In this document: piece by piece, positions 1 to 12,869 of the stretch
How positions within the stretch are numbered: the stretch's first letter is position 1
Layout: every line of letters starts with the position of its first letter
Assembly (NCBI GenBank): GCA_050084515.1
Contig: CM114271.1
Coordinates: 32,860,001 to 32,924,000, forward strand
Direction: 5' to 3'
Source: Blasia pusilla
Lineage: Eukaryota
DNA length: 64,000 nucleotides
Program-made: the position numbers and the translations under genes
The notes under the pieces: model-generated
The model's database searches: none
Seen by the model: the letters and a program-made list of their open reading frames with translations, nothing else
Told to the model about the DNA's origin: nothing

Positions 1-2435
1 TGCGGAGGCGTGAGTGCACAATTGGTGTCCCCTATCTTGAGCGTCGATTCGCACTGCGCATTTCAATTTCCACCTTCGTAGGTCTACACACTCCGATCTT
101 CTCCGATTTGCTGGTCCGCAGTCGCTGATCTCTCCGACACAAGTCATCCGATCGCAGGCGCGCACTCCGCCTCCGCCATCCGCCATCCGCCGTGCTCAGG
201 ATCCTCGCTGCCATCGGAGAGCTCCACCGAACAGCAACAACCAAAACGCCGTTCAATAGGCGAAGAAGTTGTTGCACTAAAAATGTATGGCCTCCATGAC
301 TTCGAGTTCACAGATGAGCCGAAATAAAACGACGAGTGCGGCGCAGGGACGAAACGCAGCGGAGCAGGCCCGAATTCTTCGGAATTCTGATCTCCATCGC
401 CTCTCGAGATCAAACTGTGGAAAGCTTCGACGACCGCATTGCACATCCGGATTAGAAGAAGTCCTTCGAAGTACTGACCCTAATCTCGATCTTCTTGCCC
501 TAAATCTCCTCCTAAATCTTTCTCCCTTTAGACGGCTCATAAAGTTATGGAACCCACAACGGTTTGCACAAATGTGGACTATGACAGCTGCCCATTTTCG
601 AGGCAGTGAAGTGAGACTTCGGTTCTCCTTGGGATTCTTTTCTACGGTGTTTCAGTTTTTGTTTTCTTTCCTTAAGATCCTTCTTCCAACTTTCTCGAGA
701 TCTTTGACCGAAATGGAAGAGAAAAAGCAAATAATTTCCGACTTTCATTTGACTTGACTAAAATTTGGATATTCTAGTTCGTCAATTTTTTTCAAAACAG
801 CCTTAGACTTTTGTCGCTTTGGCTAATCTTTAGCTCTTTTCCCCTATATATAGTGAGAAAATCGGTTCTTTTCGATAATAATGTTTTCCATTTTGAGTAT
901 TTAATGCACCCATTAGTAATTCGTTTCACTTACCCCAAACTTGGTATCCCAACTTCCAAAGTAAGTCAACACTAGAGATCATATCATTTCTCCAAACAAG
1001 ACACACACACACATCGTGTTATGATGAAGTGGACGTATAGATGGGGTGGCAATATTTTGGAAAGCAAATGCAAGGCTTGGACCATTATGGAGATATGATC
1101 GTGGCAGAAAGAAAAGATGGTGAGCAGAGTTTGGAATGAGTGTTCAGAAGGACTGAGAAAATTTCAGAAGGACTGAGAAATTGTAAGTTGAATTGTGATG
1201 GTGATATGTATATTTTTTAAGAATACTGCAATAGTGTGAAGTATGGTGTGCAAATTGATTGAAATTTATTGAAAGAATAGTTTATCATTGAACCTGAACT
1301 GATGGGGCTTTCCGATATTACCGAGTATTTGACAGTGAAATAAAATATCAAATGCAAAGTATTGAAAGAAAAAAAATTTTGTAATGATGCAATTTATTAC
1401 AAGAGAACCAAAGTCTGCAAGAAAGCCTGAATGAATTTCAAGTGAACTCAAAAAATATGTGTAAGTGCAGGGAGAAATCAAAATTTTCAGGAGTTCATAG
1501 TTTAGCCTTATAGTGATAGGAAGGCAATTGAAAATCTGCAAATTTATGTTTCAATAGGCAAAGAGAGTACTCTTGTACACTGGTAAGTAGATATATAAGT
1601 ACCTGCCCGGTAGTGTATTGGCACTGTATCTCTATACTAGTGATTTCATCCTCTATAGTCACGCAACATGGATTGGATCAAAGCTAACTGGAGTGACAAC
1701 TTAGGATTATTCTCTAGTAGAGGACATATGTCCTTTGCAAAATCAGAGAATTGGTCTCATGCTTCTTTCAACTGCTTCGTAATGCACTGAACTTCAGAGT
1801 ACTGATCCTGACTATCTTTTAGAGCAGAATTTAGCAAGCTATTGAGATGTTCTATCTCATTTGACATCTTCAGAATTTGGTCTTCAAGATGCTCAACTGT
1901 TCCTGAACCATGGTGATCAACAAAGTCATATGATGAGTGATTTGTGTCATGTTGAAATGACGCAGGTTTGTCATTGTATTGAACTCCTAAAGTGGAAGCA
2001 CTAGCACGAGCTTGATGAAATGGTCCACGTCTTGACGGATGGCGAGATTGCAAACCAATCCTCTGCAAAAGAGACAACATAATTAGCACCAATATTGCAT
2101 TAATTTGAAAGAAACCATGAATGAAAGTCTGCAGAATAGAACAAGATTTATGGATTGTCAAGATGCGTGTTGAAAGTAGAGTATATGAATTGAAAAGAAT
2201 AATGATGGTTGAAATGAAAAAATGTATACAAAACGTGAATCAACTTTTGAAAGGTTGATTATAAAATACAATAAGAAACAAAATTTATAACTATGAGTAT
2301 TTCATTGCATAGTGGAGTAGTAAACTTAAAATAGTAGAAATTTTTCAATGATATGCATTGAGGTATAAAGTTTTCAAAAGTATAAGTTTGTAATGAGTGG
2401 ATGTCGCCTAGTGGCATCCTGGAAGACAATGTATG

Positions 2436-2439
<4 letters not shown>

Positions 2440-2522
<83 letters not shown>
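2440..2522. repeat. (TA)n microsatellite
   Basis: Uninterrupted TA dinucleotide run of about 41 units. Confidence 0.98.
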
Positions 2523-2525
<3 letters not shown>

Positions 2526-2939
2526 TAACTATACATAGAAAGCATATTTGATGGAAATCATCATAGTAATTCTTGAAAAGAGCAGAGTGATCACAAAATG
2601 TATGCAAAGCATATGGAAACACAAAAATTATGATCGAAATCATATTCAATCTATTGAGAATCATAATGATGTCCAGAAGTGTATGGGAATCATGTCGGAA
2701 TGAAAACATACAATAATGTTAGAATTCAGAAAAGGACAAGTAAAATAAGTAAAACATCATGAAGATTACCATAATAAAAGAGTTGCTTCTATAGTGCCAT
2801 GCTTCGAGCTTAGAGCAAGCCACACTGAACTTAGGACACTTTTGTTTGTTTGGTGATCCCGCAAGAAGGTTTGTTTCAAAGCTGTCCTTTGGGACATTGA
2901 GGATTTCTGGAAATTACTCTGAGCCCTGCGAAGTCTAGG

Positions 2940-3899
2940 CAAAACAACAGATAGTGACATGCACACTGGCGTTTCCAGGAGTTGACGACACAATGATTAC
3001 ATGGTCAAAATCAGGAAACAAGGGAGGTAGTTTAGGGTTTTCTAGATCCATAGGCAGAGGAACAAATTCAAGCAACTGCCTATCATCTTGTGCTACTCTT
3101 ATACCATCAAGAAAATGAGTTGCTTTCACAGATGTTAAGTCAAGGAGCGTGGAAATTGGAAAATGCATTTCATGTCTTAGTGTTTAGAGCTGATCCAAAC
3201 ATATTCCTCCGGAAATAAGATTGAATAGCCTTGTGGCATCCTTCCTTACTAAGGTGGATTCTTTGAAATCCGCCTTCTCTGAATCGTAAGGATTCCTTCT
3301 GGATTCCTGCAACAACAATGAATGAAGTATCTTTAGTTAGATGAAATTGTAACGAAGAGGAACTATAAATGCAAAAGAGTTTTCAGATGCAAATTTAAAG
3401 AACTTGGACTGACGCGAATCCTCATTCTGATCCATCTTTATGAATCCTGCGGAATTTGGAATCCTACACATGCCCTTGAGTAATGAAGGTCTGAATCTGA
3501 CGACCAGTGATACCATGCTCGTGAAAAGCAGACATCACACCCAAATTGTATAAATATTTCATTTGGTTGACTATGGGGCTAGTATAACGAGACCTGATAT
3601 CTTAATGTCGTTCAAAATCGTCTTGGAGAAATCCAAGTAGTGTTCAAGAACTTGAAGAGAGTATGTTAGTATAGAGAAGGTTAAATTTGAGTTCCAAGTA
3701 GAATGAAAGAAAATGAAAACAAAAAACCTTATGTGAAGATTACTGATGCAAACGGTGCAGCTATAGGTGAGGAGCTTGGGTTTGTCTCGTGCTCATATAA
3801 AGGAAGTGCACCTCCTATCTGAGAAGCTTGTACTCCAACATGAGATTGAGATGAGCTCCTTGCTGCTCTCCCCCTTGCTGATGTTGCACGAGATGCCAT
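2940..3899 (-). pseudogene. Degenerate multi-exon accessory gene of Helitron-like element H1 (unknown helical-repeat protein)
   Basis: ATG at 3899 lies just after the helicase. Exon-like blocks translate to ...PIVNQMKYLYNLGVMSAFHEHGITGRQIQTFI... (about 3440-3650) and ...ADFKESTLVRKDATRLFNLISGGICLDQL*TLRHEMHFPISTLLDLTSVKATHFLDGIRVA... (about 3030-3306). Both align by eye with 44600-45133 and 54650-54920. Confidence 0.6.
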
Positions 3900-3959
3900 T
3901 GTCACTAGTACAAGCACAATGTGAGTGAACTTAAGGACTATAAAGTGGAATTAAATACT

Positions 3960-6143
3960 CTAAAATCTTGACGTTCCAAATTACCAAGTATTCTAAGCTG
4001 ATGCCTACATTTTACTTCAGATCACATAACATACGCAAGACCAAGAGCGAAGACAGATCTGATCACTAACAAGCAATGTCCAGAAATAGTTGCACTTTGA
4101 CTCTTATGAGCTGTCATAGCATAACCAAGTACAAGTGGAAAAAAATTTAATGTATTTCTGGTTTGAGCCATACCTCAGAGTTGTAAACTTTTTCCTAGTT
4201 ATCATGATGGACTTACCACTGGATTGAATAGTTATCATTATACTAGCTACCTCATTATTGTCAAAGAAAAATTCGGTTACTGTTGCTAGGGACCCATTGG
4301 AAGCTTGTATCTTTAAATTGATGTTTGATGTCAACATCACAATTGAATGAACAGCAATGAAAGGCAATTGATGAAATGCATCATCATGTAGCCAAGTAGT
4401 GAATTCAGGTGTTGGAGGTGCATCGGATTTGACGTTGACTTTTACAATGGAAGCATCTTTGAATAGTCTTCTGAGTGCCAAAATTGAAAGCTAAAACATC
4501 CTCATAATGAGTGCACACTATAGTTGTGTCTGAGCATATAAAATCAATTGTCTCATTCTCTGAGACAAAACAACTTGATAAGCACTAATATATTTAATTT
4601 GTAGTTGGTATATTAAATTTGAGTGAGTTAAGGAAGTTCAGGTAGGAAGGGTCTTCACCATGCCTCATGGGAGTTGTAAGTTCAAAAGTCACTTAGTTTG
4701 TAAAGAATATGGATGAGCTCAAATGATAACTATTGCAAAAATCTAAGGCTTTGTGATTACAAACAGGAGGCGGTTGACATAAGTCTCCTACAAGAATAAG
4801 CAACTTATCACCAAATGGATGTAAATAACCTTGAGGGGATACTTCATTCAAACTCGTTGCTACAATCTCAAGAAATTTTGGTGTTAACATAGAGCATTCG
4901 TCCATGACTATTACTCGGGAGGCTTTAAGTCTTAGATAGTTTTAAGATGCAATATGCATGCGGGATAAATCACCCTTAAGAGGTATTGCAAATGTAGAAT
5001 GTATTGTTGTTGCATCAAGATGCAACCATACAGCAACAATATCAGTTGTGGCCGTTAGAAGTGGTGACATTTTCTTATACTTCCAAAATCTATACATGAA
5101 AGTAACAAAGTATGTCATTCCACACCCGGGAGATCCTTTTAAAAGTACAAGGCTAGATTTGCAAAATATTAATTTCTGAAATAGCTCCTTTTGCTCAATG
5201 TTAAGAGTATTGATATCAAGTTCATCTAAAGAATCAATATCTACTTGATGTAAACTTTTTTTAGTGGTACATGTTGCTGACATCATTGAAGAAATGTCCT
5301 TTTGTAGATAAGGTTCTAGAATATCTCTAACTTTTGCAAGTATTTCTGCAACATGGACTTGATTCCACAAAAAAAAAATTCATGCGATCTAACTAATTCA
5401 TATACATCATCAAATTATTCATCAAGTTCTTGTGTACGTATTCGTGAAGATATGTCCATCCTTTACCATTGCACGAATGTTGGATTCTCAACATCCACTT
5501 CTCTAAGCATCATTAATCTGATTGGCCCCCTTGTGTAAGGAGAAGCTTAGATTGATGGTTCTGACTTAGACGTCGAAGGAGTCATAGTAATATGACGTAG
5601 GTGGTTTATGGATTAGCGTTATTAGGATTATTTAATCCTGGAGCTGCAACGGTAGCGCATTCTTGTATGTCGAGTTTTATCCATGTTCAGGTTCCATCGA
5701 AGCTCTTCTGTGAGCGCACGGACGGACTAGGCCACTTTGTATCTCCAAGTCGTGTAATATGTTTTATTGATTTTCGTCACTTTATGTATTCTCACAACGA
5801 AAGCAAAGTACTTTCATCTCTAAAGTGAATATGGGAAAGAAGAACTATGTAGAAAAACTCATACCATTGATGAAAGGGGTGGAATTCAATAAATCTAACG
5901 ACGCGATTTGTTGTACATACTATATTTCCTAAATTGTCTAAAATTAAAACTTGGTTAGATTTCTTTGGGTAAGATTTCAAGAGTTCATAGTTGGACCAGT
6001 AGTGAATGAAGGTTATGTTCTCAAGACTTGCAGGTCTGTTAGAATACATTGTGATTGGATGAATGCATAGTATTGATGCATTTTTATAGAGCGAACTTCT
6101 CATGTTTGGAGGACTACAATCAGTGTAGTGGACTACATCAGAA
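3960..6143 (-). mobile_element. Helitron-like RepHel remnant H1 (linker plus PIF1-like helicase; frameshifted, Rep domain missing)
   Basis: Collinear PIF1 motifs: GSPGCGMT (Walker A-like), TIHSTFAIP, DECSM, GDLCQPPPV, SNGS, YAMTAHKSQS and GLAYVM. The segment 5792-6143 (SDVVHYTDCSPPNMRSSLYK...EFHPFH...FFYIVLL) matches the linker of the copy at 35268-35650. Confidence 0.9.
5532..5796. mobile_element. Short LTR-like insertion interrupting H1
   Basis: Breaks the RepHel reading frame and is bounded by TGTG...CACA. No target-site duplication is seen. Confidence 0.35.
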
Positions 6144-6848
6144 GAAATCCATGGTTTTATGACTAGGTTATATGACTCATATGAGTCATACTTTACATAC
6201 CACGACTAACAATGACAGATAACTACTTTAGACACAAAATCCAAGTCATATTTGTCTGACAACTAGGCTAACTAGGATGATCAACTTAGATGGACGTTGG
6301 TACATGACTCAAGATGTAATCATGAGGCCATGACTGACGCATCACTTAGATGACATGAAGTAACGATGCGTCAACACATGATATGGACTATTTGGTGTGA
6401 TGTGTCATCGATGATGTGGACTATTTATTGTGACGTGTCACTGAAGACATGGACTATGAATGTGACTCGTCGAGTCATATTTGTATATTCATGTAGTTAC
6501 CACAAATGCCTACTTTAGTCATCACAAATGTACTCGTGTGAGGAATCAATTTCATGGTAATAGTTATGACTCACGAGTCATGGAAGTTTTCCATTCATTT
6601 GAAATTCAAAACTCATCTAGTCATTTTATTCTCTTGAAATCTTGGGATTGACTCATGTACTCACTTACCATGACTTTAAGAGTAGAGTTAAATGACTACT
6701 GTAGAATGCGACACAACTAGTTTAGTCACAAAGATATGACTATGTGAGTTGCAAAAAGCATGTAGTCTTTGCAACAGGACTGAATGAGTCATAATTGAAT
6801 GACTAGATGGCACTTGAAGCTTACTACTTCATAACAAGAATCTTAGTG
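6137..6848 (+). mobile_element. CACTA-like terminal/subterminal region
   Basis: Begins catcagaagaaatccatggttttatgactagg, similar to CACTAGAAGAAAATGGTGGTTTTTACGACTAGG at 14568. It has dense ATGACT/AGTCAT subterminal motifs and a TAGTG at 6844-6848. Confidence 0.55.
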
Positions 6849-7164
6849 CACTAGTTATATCGATATGACGAGAGCTAATATCAATTTTGAATTTTTTGGA
6901 GTGTTTTTTATGCCTTTTGAATGGTGCAAGAATTAATGGATCTCAATTAGTAACATCCTTACATCCATTTATATTTTGAATGCAATCAAGCTTCAAGGGT
7001 TTTGACCATCTTTGAACTTGCTCCGTGAACTCCTAACGCCCACTTACTTTAGCCTATTAAAGGCCTTTGTTGAAGCCTGTACCAAAAAATACCCATTGAA
7101 GCCAAACATGAGGGTTGGTCACAACGGGAGGGTAATACATACCACCTGGAGTGAATCACTTCCA

Positions 7165-8464
7165 CGACTCAGCAAAAATATTTAGATATAGGAACTTTCA
7201 AAGAATGGCATCCAATACGCTGATAACATGGTAAGAGTTGAATAGACATTGAACAAAGGAATACAAACTTACACACTTGTCTATACATTCCCAGTAGTCA
7301 AAATATTGACTAGTACAATGTTTAGACTGAGTGTCATCATCTTCAACCCGCTTGACATAAGTCCGTTTGTGATAAGGTATGCAAGAAAAAATAGAGTTTA
7401 CAAGATAGATTAGTTCCACCAATATTTTGAAATGTAATGCATTGTCAAAGTGATGTTTAGAACCTGTCATGACCCTTAATCCACTCTACACAAGACTGTC
7501 AACGACCAAGGTGCAGAAGAACACAGGGTCGTGAGACAGATATACACGTCACTACTTGCAACCCTACTAGTCAAAAGCATTGGGTGCATTTATATGATGC
7601 TACATGCTACAAATTTTAGTGGGGAAAATCCAAGATAGTTTTGATTCCGATGGGTGGTCATATCAATTAAAAATGCGTTTGGAAACACGGTCAAAAAGAA
7701 CAGTTCAAGGCAGAAGGCCTGTTTCGGCTCATAAAAGACATAAATCTGTGGATAGCGGCCACAGAGGAAAGATATCTACTCTTTGATGCGCTTGGTAGGC
7801 ACTGGATTGATGGTTTGCTGAATCTACGAATGGCATGCTTAATTTTAAGCGGATAGAAGGTATTCATCAATGGTCATCTGAGTTTGCAATGCTCAATGAG
7901 GCATTCTTGACACCTAGGTATCTCTGCGGAAATGTGGGTGCCTTACCTAAATGCCACAAGTCGTAGGATGTACATTCCAATCTGTCCATAGATGGATAGC
8001 ATCTATCCAAGTATCAGATACGACTGCTCTTGCAATATATCCTTGAATTAAAACAAGAATAGTCATTGTTTGCAGTATGTCTGAAAGCACGGGCCGTCAT
8101 TACTGTCAACGCTAAGAATTGGTTAACGAATTGGTTTATTGTAGGGTATTGAGACCGGCGGGTCTGGATCTCACACTTTTTCTAGTCTACTACAAACCCT
8201 GAGAGAAATCACATCCGTCGAGGTGAATTTGGTGGAAAGTATTGTGGAACCTTGAAGGATGTGAGAATCCTCACACATTAGGATGATACATGCCCTCATA
8301 CAGTATAGTTTACCTCACAAAAATGTACCCGATATATGCCTACTTCCATAAGAAAAAGAGAACGCAGATGGAAAACCTGATATTGAAGAAGTTTCACACA
8401 CTTCGGCTTTCATGACTCCTCAATTTCTGACTTGGGATCTACGGGATCTTCTGTGTCGTCCGAC
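7165..8464 (-). pseudogene. QCR6: Cytochrome b-c1 complex subunit 6 (hinge protein) pseudogene, introns retained
   Basis: Exon 8377-8464 reads SDDTEDPVDPKSEIEES*KPKCVKLLQYQ (in-frame TGA at 8410-8412 in place of Cys; AG/GT borders). Exon 7273-7362 reads TYVKRVEDDDTQSKHCTSQYFDYWECIDKC followed by GTAAGT, and its acceptor is mutated to GG. A degenerate last exon may lie near 7165-7195. Confidence 0.88.
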
Positions 8465-10020
8465 CTGTAGATGAATGCAACGAACACACAAAGCTTGAGC
8501 TTCCAGCTGGAGAATCTCCCCCACAATAATGGATCATTGCATGGCACACTACCATCACCTAAATTGGGCCAAATCACTGCTAATTACAAATCGTATCCTA
8601 AGACCTAGTATTGAGGGGCGTGAAGTTGAAGATTGGCAGATAAAATTTGTCGTAGGACACAATTCCTAGATATTTTCCTGTCACACGAGATGGAGTGGAA
8701 CTCCCAACTCAACCGCCACAGCGCGGTGCGTTTACCAAACCACATCCTACTCGCGATCATCGCCGATGAGATCAAAGGTCTACACCACCACCGGATAAAC
8801 TGAAGCTCTCTAGTTCCCACAAGTTCAAGAGCAGCTTACTCCCTATTCTCCGTGTCTGCCTTCCCGACATCTCCTACATACGATCGACAACTCTCTCTCT
8901 CTCTCTCTCGCTCGACAAGGGAGTCCGTGAGCATGAGGATGAGAGGGGGGAAGTCGAGACGGCGGCAAAGCTGGATGTTGGGATCCGGTGCTACAAAACG
9001 GTCACTAATGAACTCCACCCAAACTGATCCACGCGAAAATGAAACACATGAGGCTATAATTACAACACCAAATCTACCCGACCCACCGAAGGAACGGCAG
9101 ACAGGCACGCAGGCAAGGCATGGCATTACACGTGAAGACCTCACTCAATCCATGCGCGCATAGCCCAAGACCTTCCATCCAGTGACGTTGCACTTCCATG
9201 ATCAGACGGATTGTTCAGAAGCAAATATTAATGCTCTCCTGCTCCGGAGCAGAAGCAGACAGAGAAGCTTCAGCTGAAGTGAAGTGACTGAAAGAATGAA
9301 CAAATGAATCTGATTGGATCCAGTACCAGCAAGCCGGAAGAACTTGTCTCTTTGTGCAAAATTAGAGACTAGAATTGTATCGTCAGTGGTAGCAGTCACA
9401 GCTACAACAACAGCACGCAGACTCGAATGTGAAATCAATCTCAAGGAACGTCTCATGCCATATCTCCTTACAAAACATGGCTATGTCAGCACCCAAGCCA
9501 CCCAACATTTCTCCCCATGCTCTGGAGGAATGCGCACAGGAAACAGACTCGTAAGGAACTCGACTCCACTCGACTAGACTCAAATCACGTTGCCAATTAA
9601 TCGAATGGCAGTCATTGCTGCAGGTGCAACAATAATTTCACGGGCTTGTGCAGACCCACCCACACCGGGAGGCAGCTCTAGATCAAGCTCGAGGATTTTG
9701 ATGGATGGACTCATGTTCAGCATGTGCGATAAAGATGTAATCAACATTCTGCCTGCATAGTGAGATCGACAAGACGATAGGGCCTCAAAAGAAGGCAACA
9801 TCAGCAACATATCCTCATAATTTCTACTGGCTCGGCCACACAAGCTAGCAGCGGATCGAAGTACGCATCCTCGGAATTGGTGATCGCCCAAGCGAAATGA
9901 TTTTTGTTTGGATGGGAAGAGATTGAGGGAGGGGAGTACATGGTGGAAGGAATTGGGGTGGCCGAATGGAGAGGCGGGTGGCGGTGAAAAATGAGTATTA
10001 TATTATTGGGGCGCATACTT

Positions 10021-10128
10021 AACTTGCTATTGGAGCGCGAAGATGGTAGCGACTCAGCCGTTGACGGGGTCGAAGAGGCGAGCCTGCGCTTCATAGCTGA
10101 TGGTGAGGACCACATCGCAGCGCTTGCC
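10021..10128 (-). pseudogene. LBD: LOB-domain (LBD/ASL class I) gene fragment
   Basis: Translates GKRCDVVLTISYEAQARLFDPVNG*VATIFALQ*QV, matching the LOB GAS-block/leucine-zipper consensus (DAVxTIxYEAQARLxDPVYGCVxxIFALQQQV). Stops at 10054-10056 and 10027-10029. Confidence 0.8.
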
Positions 10129-10489
10129 CTGGCTCTAATTTCTGCAAGTTTTCTGCAACATCGATGTTGCTATCTCAACGCCTTCATCCTCTGCTAGAAC
10201 AACCATCATACAAGCTCGGGATTCAAAACTGAAGGCACCACTCTTGCCCCTCGCACAATCTCTCTCGTCGTATTTCCCTCGATTTCTCTAGATTGTCTCA
10301 CTCTCGGATGGTAGGATTCCCAAAATTTCCACGCAGGAATTTGCAACGATAAGTCCGGCTACAAAGCCACTACAAAGCGAGTAGTTGAGAAAACACAAAT
10401 CGTTGCCACGGCAAACATCATATGCCACATCAACCGAAGACCACTCTAGTCAATGCCACGTCGGCATAGAACTATAGAAGGTGTATGTA

Positions 10490-11720
10490 CAACTAAGGGC
10501 GCTTACCTAAACACATGAGGGCTAAAGTGTAGTCATTTCTTCAAACTCCATCACTAATCCGCGGAGAAACAACCTTAACATCTTGGCCACATAGACTTGG
10601 GGAATGTTACAACTAGAAGTAGTGAATAGGCACCAGTGCGCTTTTTCACACAGAATCCAGATCTGCCGCGATATATGTGTATTCCATGGGATCACGCTGT
10701 AGGATATAAAAACATAGAAGAGATGCCCAATCGTCCGAAGCACGAGGATAACAGAACATCTCGTACATAACTCGTCTTTTACTTTGTCACTTCTTTTAGG
10801 ATAGATTAGTGAGATCTAGTAGAGCGCCTACACGAGTAGTGGAGGACAAGCTTAGGAGATCAAGAATGACTTGTTGAGGCCCCTTGAAACCCCTTCGTTT
10901 CGGCTCATTTGGAGCCATATTGAAGAACCTACTATTTGAGTATATTGTCGACTTTCTATTTTTGGTAAGTGGTCCTTCACCTCCTACATCAGGTCAAGAG
11001 CCAAGGAGGTGACTTGGGAGCATAGGTTACCATGGAGAGAGCTTGGGAGAGGGGAGGGGTATACCTCAACGAGAGAGAGCTTGAGAGCTCATTCTCTCTT
11101 TGTTGAACCTCTTGGTATGAGGCGGCGGAGCTATGGTCTTGCTTGCCTTGTGTGTGTAACCCAAGCCTCTAATTAGGAGAGTGGGTTTGGTTTTCCATTG
11201 AGAGAGACATATGAGAGTGCACACATTTGAGAGCTATGGTATTGAGAGAGATTGGATCTTATTTTACAAAGAGAGAATCAGTGAGTGAGAGAACTTCATG
11301 GGAGAGCTCGCTGATTGCTCGATGTTTGGTGTAGGTTGGGGGACCGTGTTCCCCGCTTTATGGCTCTTGGTAGTGATCACCCGAGCAAGAGCCGTGCGAG
11401 TTTGCTGCTTATTTGTACGGGAGAGTGGCACGTGAAAGCGCTGCCCAATTTTCGATACGAATTGAGTATGGGGACGGATTGCTCCATGAATGTGCTGTCG
11501 GGAGCACCATGTAGCTTGCTGATTTATGTTCTCACAGGTTTTATATTTTTTTGGAGAAATTAGCACGGAAGCGTTATCGTGTCGAGAGCCTTTCTTCGAG
11601 TAAGGGCGGGCCTTCTACCTACGGTAGACGTGGTCGATCCAAGGTGAACTCTCTAAGAAGTTCTCCTTTTTCCACACAAAATTATTATGTATATTCTCTA
11701 TTCTCTCACGACAGGTATCA
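10490..11720 (+). mobile_element. LTR-like fragment with a partial tRNA-iMet-like PBS
   Basis: Ends ...cacgaCA (11713) followed by ggtatca. The segment 10870-11180 recurs at 15738-15995 (-), 51955-52213 (-) and 57660-58030 (+). The left border is approximate. Confidence 0.5.
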
Positions 11721-11739
11721 CAAATGGAAATGCCGAGGC

Positions 11740-12829
11740 GATCACTTCTTCGTAACAACGGACCCCAAAATTTTTAACTATAAAATCCTTATAAACTACT
11801 TTACGCTTGTACACAAGGAAGATAGCACAACTACTGTTAAACCCTACTTGAGCAGGCCTATTAACCTCCATGGATCGATATATAAGGACATACAAAGTAC
11901 AATCCCATGTCCTTCCATATGTGACGATAGGAAGAATCGCCGGAGTTGGAGATTGCATGACCTAGTTCCTGAACACCTCCCCAAAGTGATAAACTAAATA
12001 GCGAGTGAATGAGTGCCTATCTACGAAGAGTACCTTGACATAGTAAGGATTGAGGAAAGGAAAGTCAGGCATAACTCGTGCTCCACCCCTATCCATGCTT
12101 GACAAACATTCTCTACTTTCATCAAGAATGGGCTTTGGCGGAATTATTCTCCCAAGAGGGGTAATCCACTCTCATTGGGAAAATAACAAGCCAAAACATT
12201 CACTATTTTAGTGTGACTAAACTACACTAAGGTGACAAGCCTCTCATCTCCACACACACACACACACACACCACACTCTAGAAATCTCTTGAAGAATAGA
12301 TCATGGTCAAGTTACTCTCCCAAGAAGGGTGATCCACTCTCATTGGAAGCAAGCAATCTCAAAGCCATACACTCAAGAGTAACACAAGAGACTAAGATAT
12401 GAAATAGAAGGTGATGAACCGTTGAAGGTGTCTCCTTTTTATATACTCACAAGGGATCCACAAGAGTACGAAATAGGGTTAATCTTATCTTGTGTCACAT
12501 GGCTTCCTCTCAAGGCTTACCCAATCACATTTTGACACAAGTAGATTACCTCTTATCTCTTTCAAAATATCCTCTTTTATCCTCTTGATATTTTCTAAAT
12601 TACCCCAACTATCCTAGCAACCAAGACTACTTTTTCTTTTCATTAAAGCAGCAACCTCACTACTTTACTTTTATAAAGTCGTCTTTTATTTATTACCTCT
12701 TTTCCTAAAGTTGGGCTTGCATAAAAAGAGGCACCATAAAAAGGTTTAAACATGAGAATTTCCTTTTCCTTAGCTAATTTACTTAAAACTAATAAAACTC
12801 TATCTAACACTTAATGAGGAAGGAGTCTA
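11740..12829 (-). mobile_element. LTR-like fragment
   Basis: The minus strand starts TGTTAGATAGAG at 12829. It has a TATA-like tatataaaa near 12440 and an internal direct repeat (12143-12180 / 12312-12348), and is non-coding. Confidence 0.4.
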
Positions 12830-12869
12830 CACACTTGCTGATTTAGTATACGACAGCGCTGCCAAATTT

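Noticed and set aside
1-844. ORFs 144-446, 277-540 and 287-757 as genes; possible Mutator TIR ending TTTTCCCC
   Set aside because: No recognisable domain. Any partner TIR would lie outside the window, so the MULE call cannot be supported.
2374-2709. 111-aa ORF with an IY repeat
   Set aside because: The repeat is an artefact of the (TA)n microsatellite.
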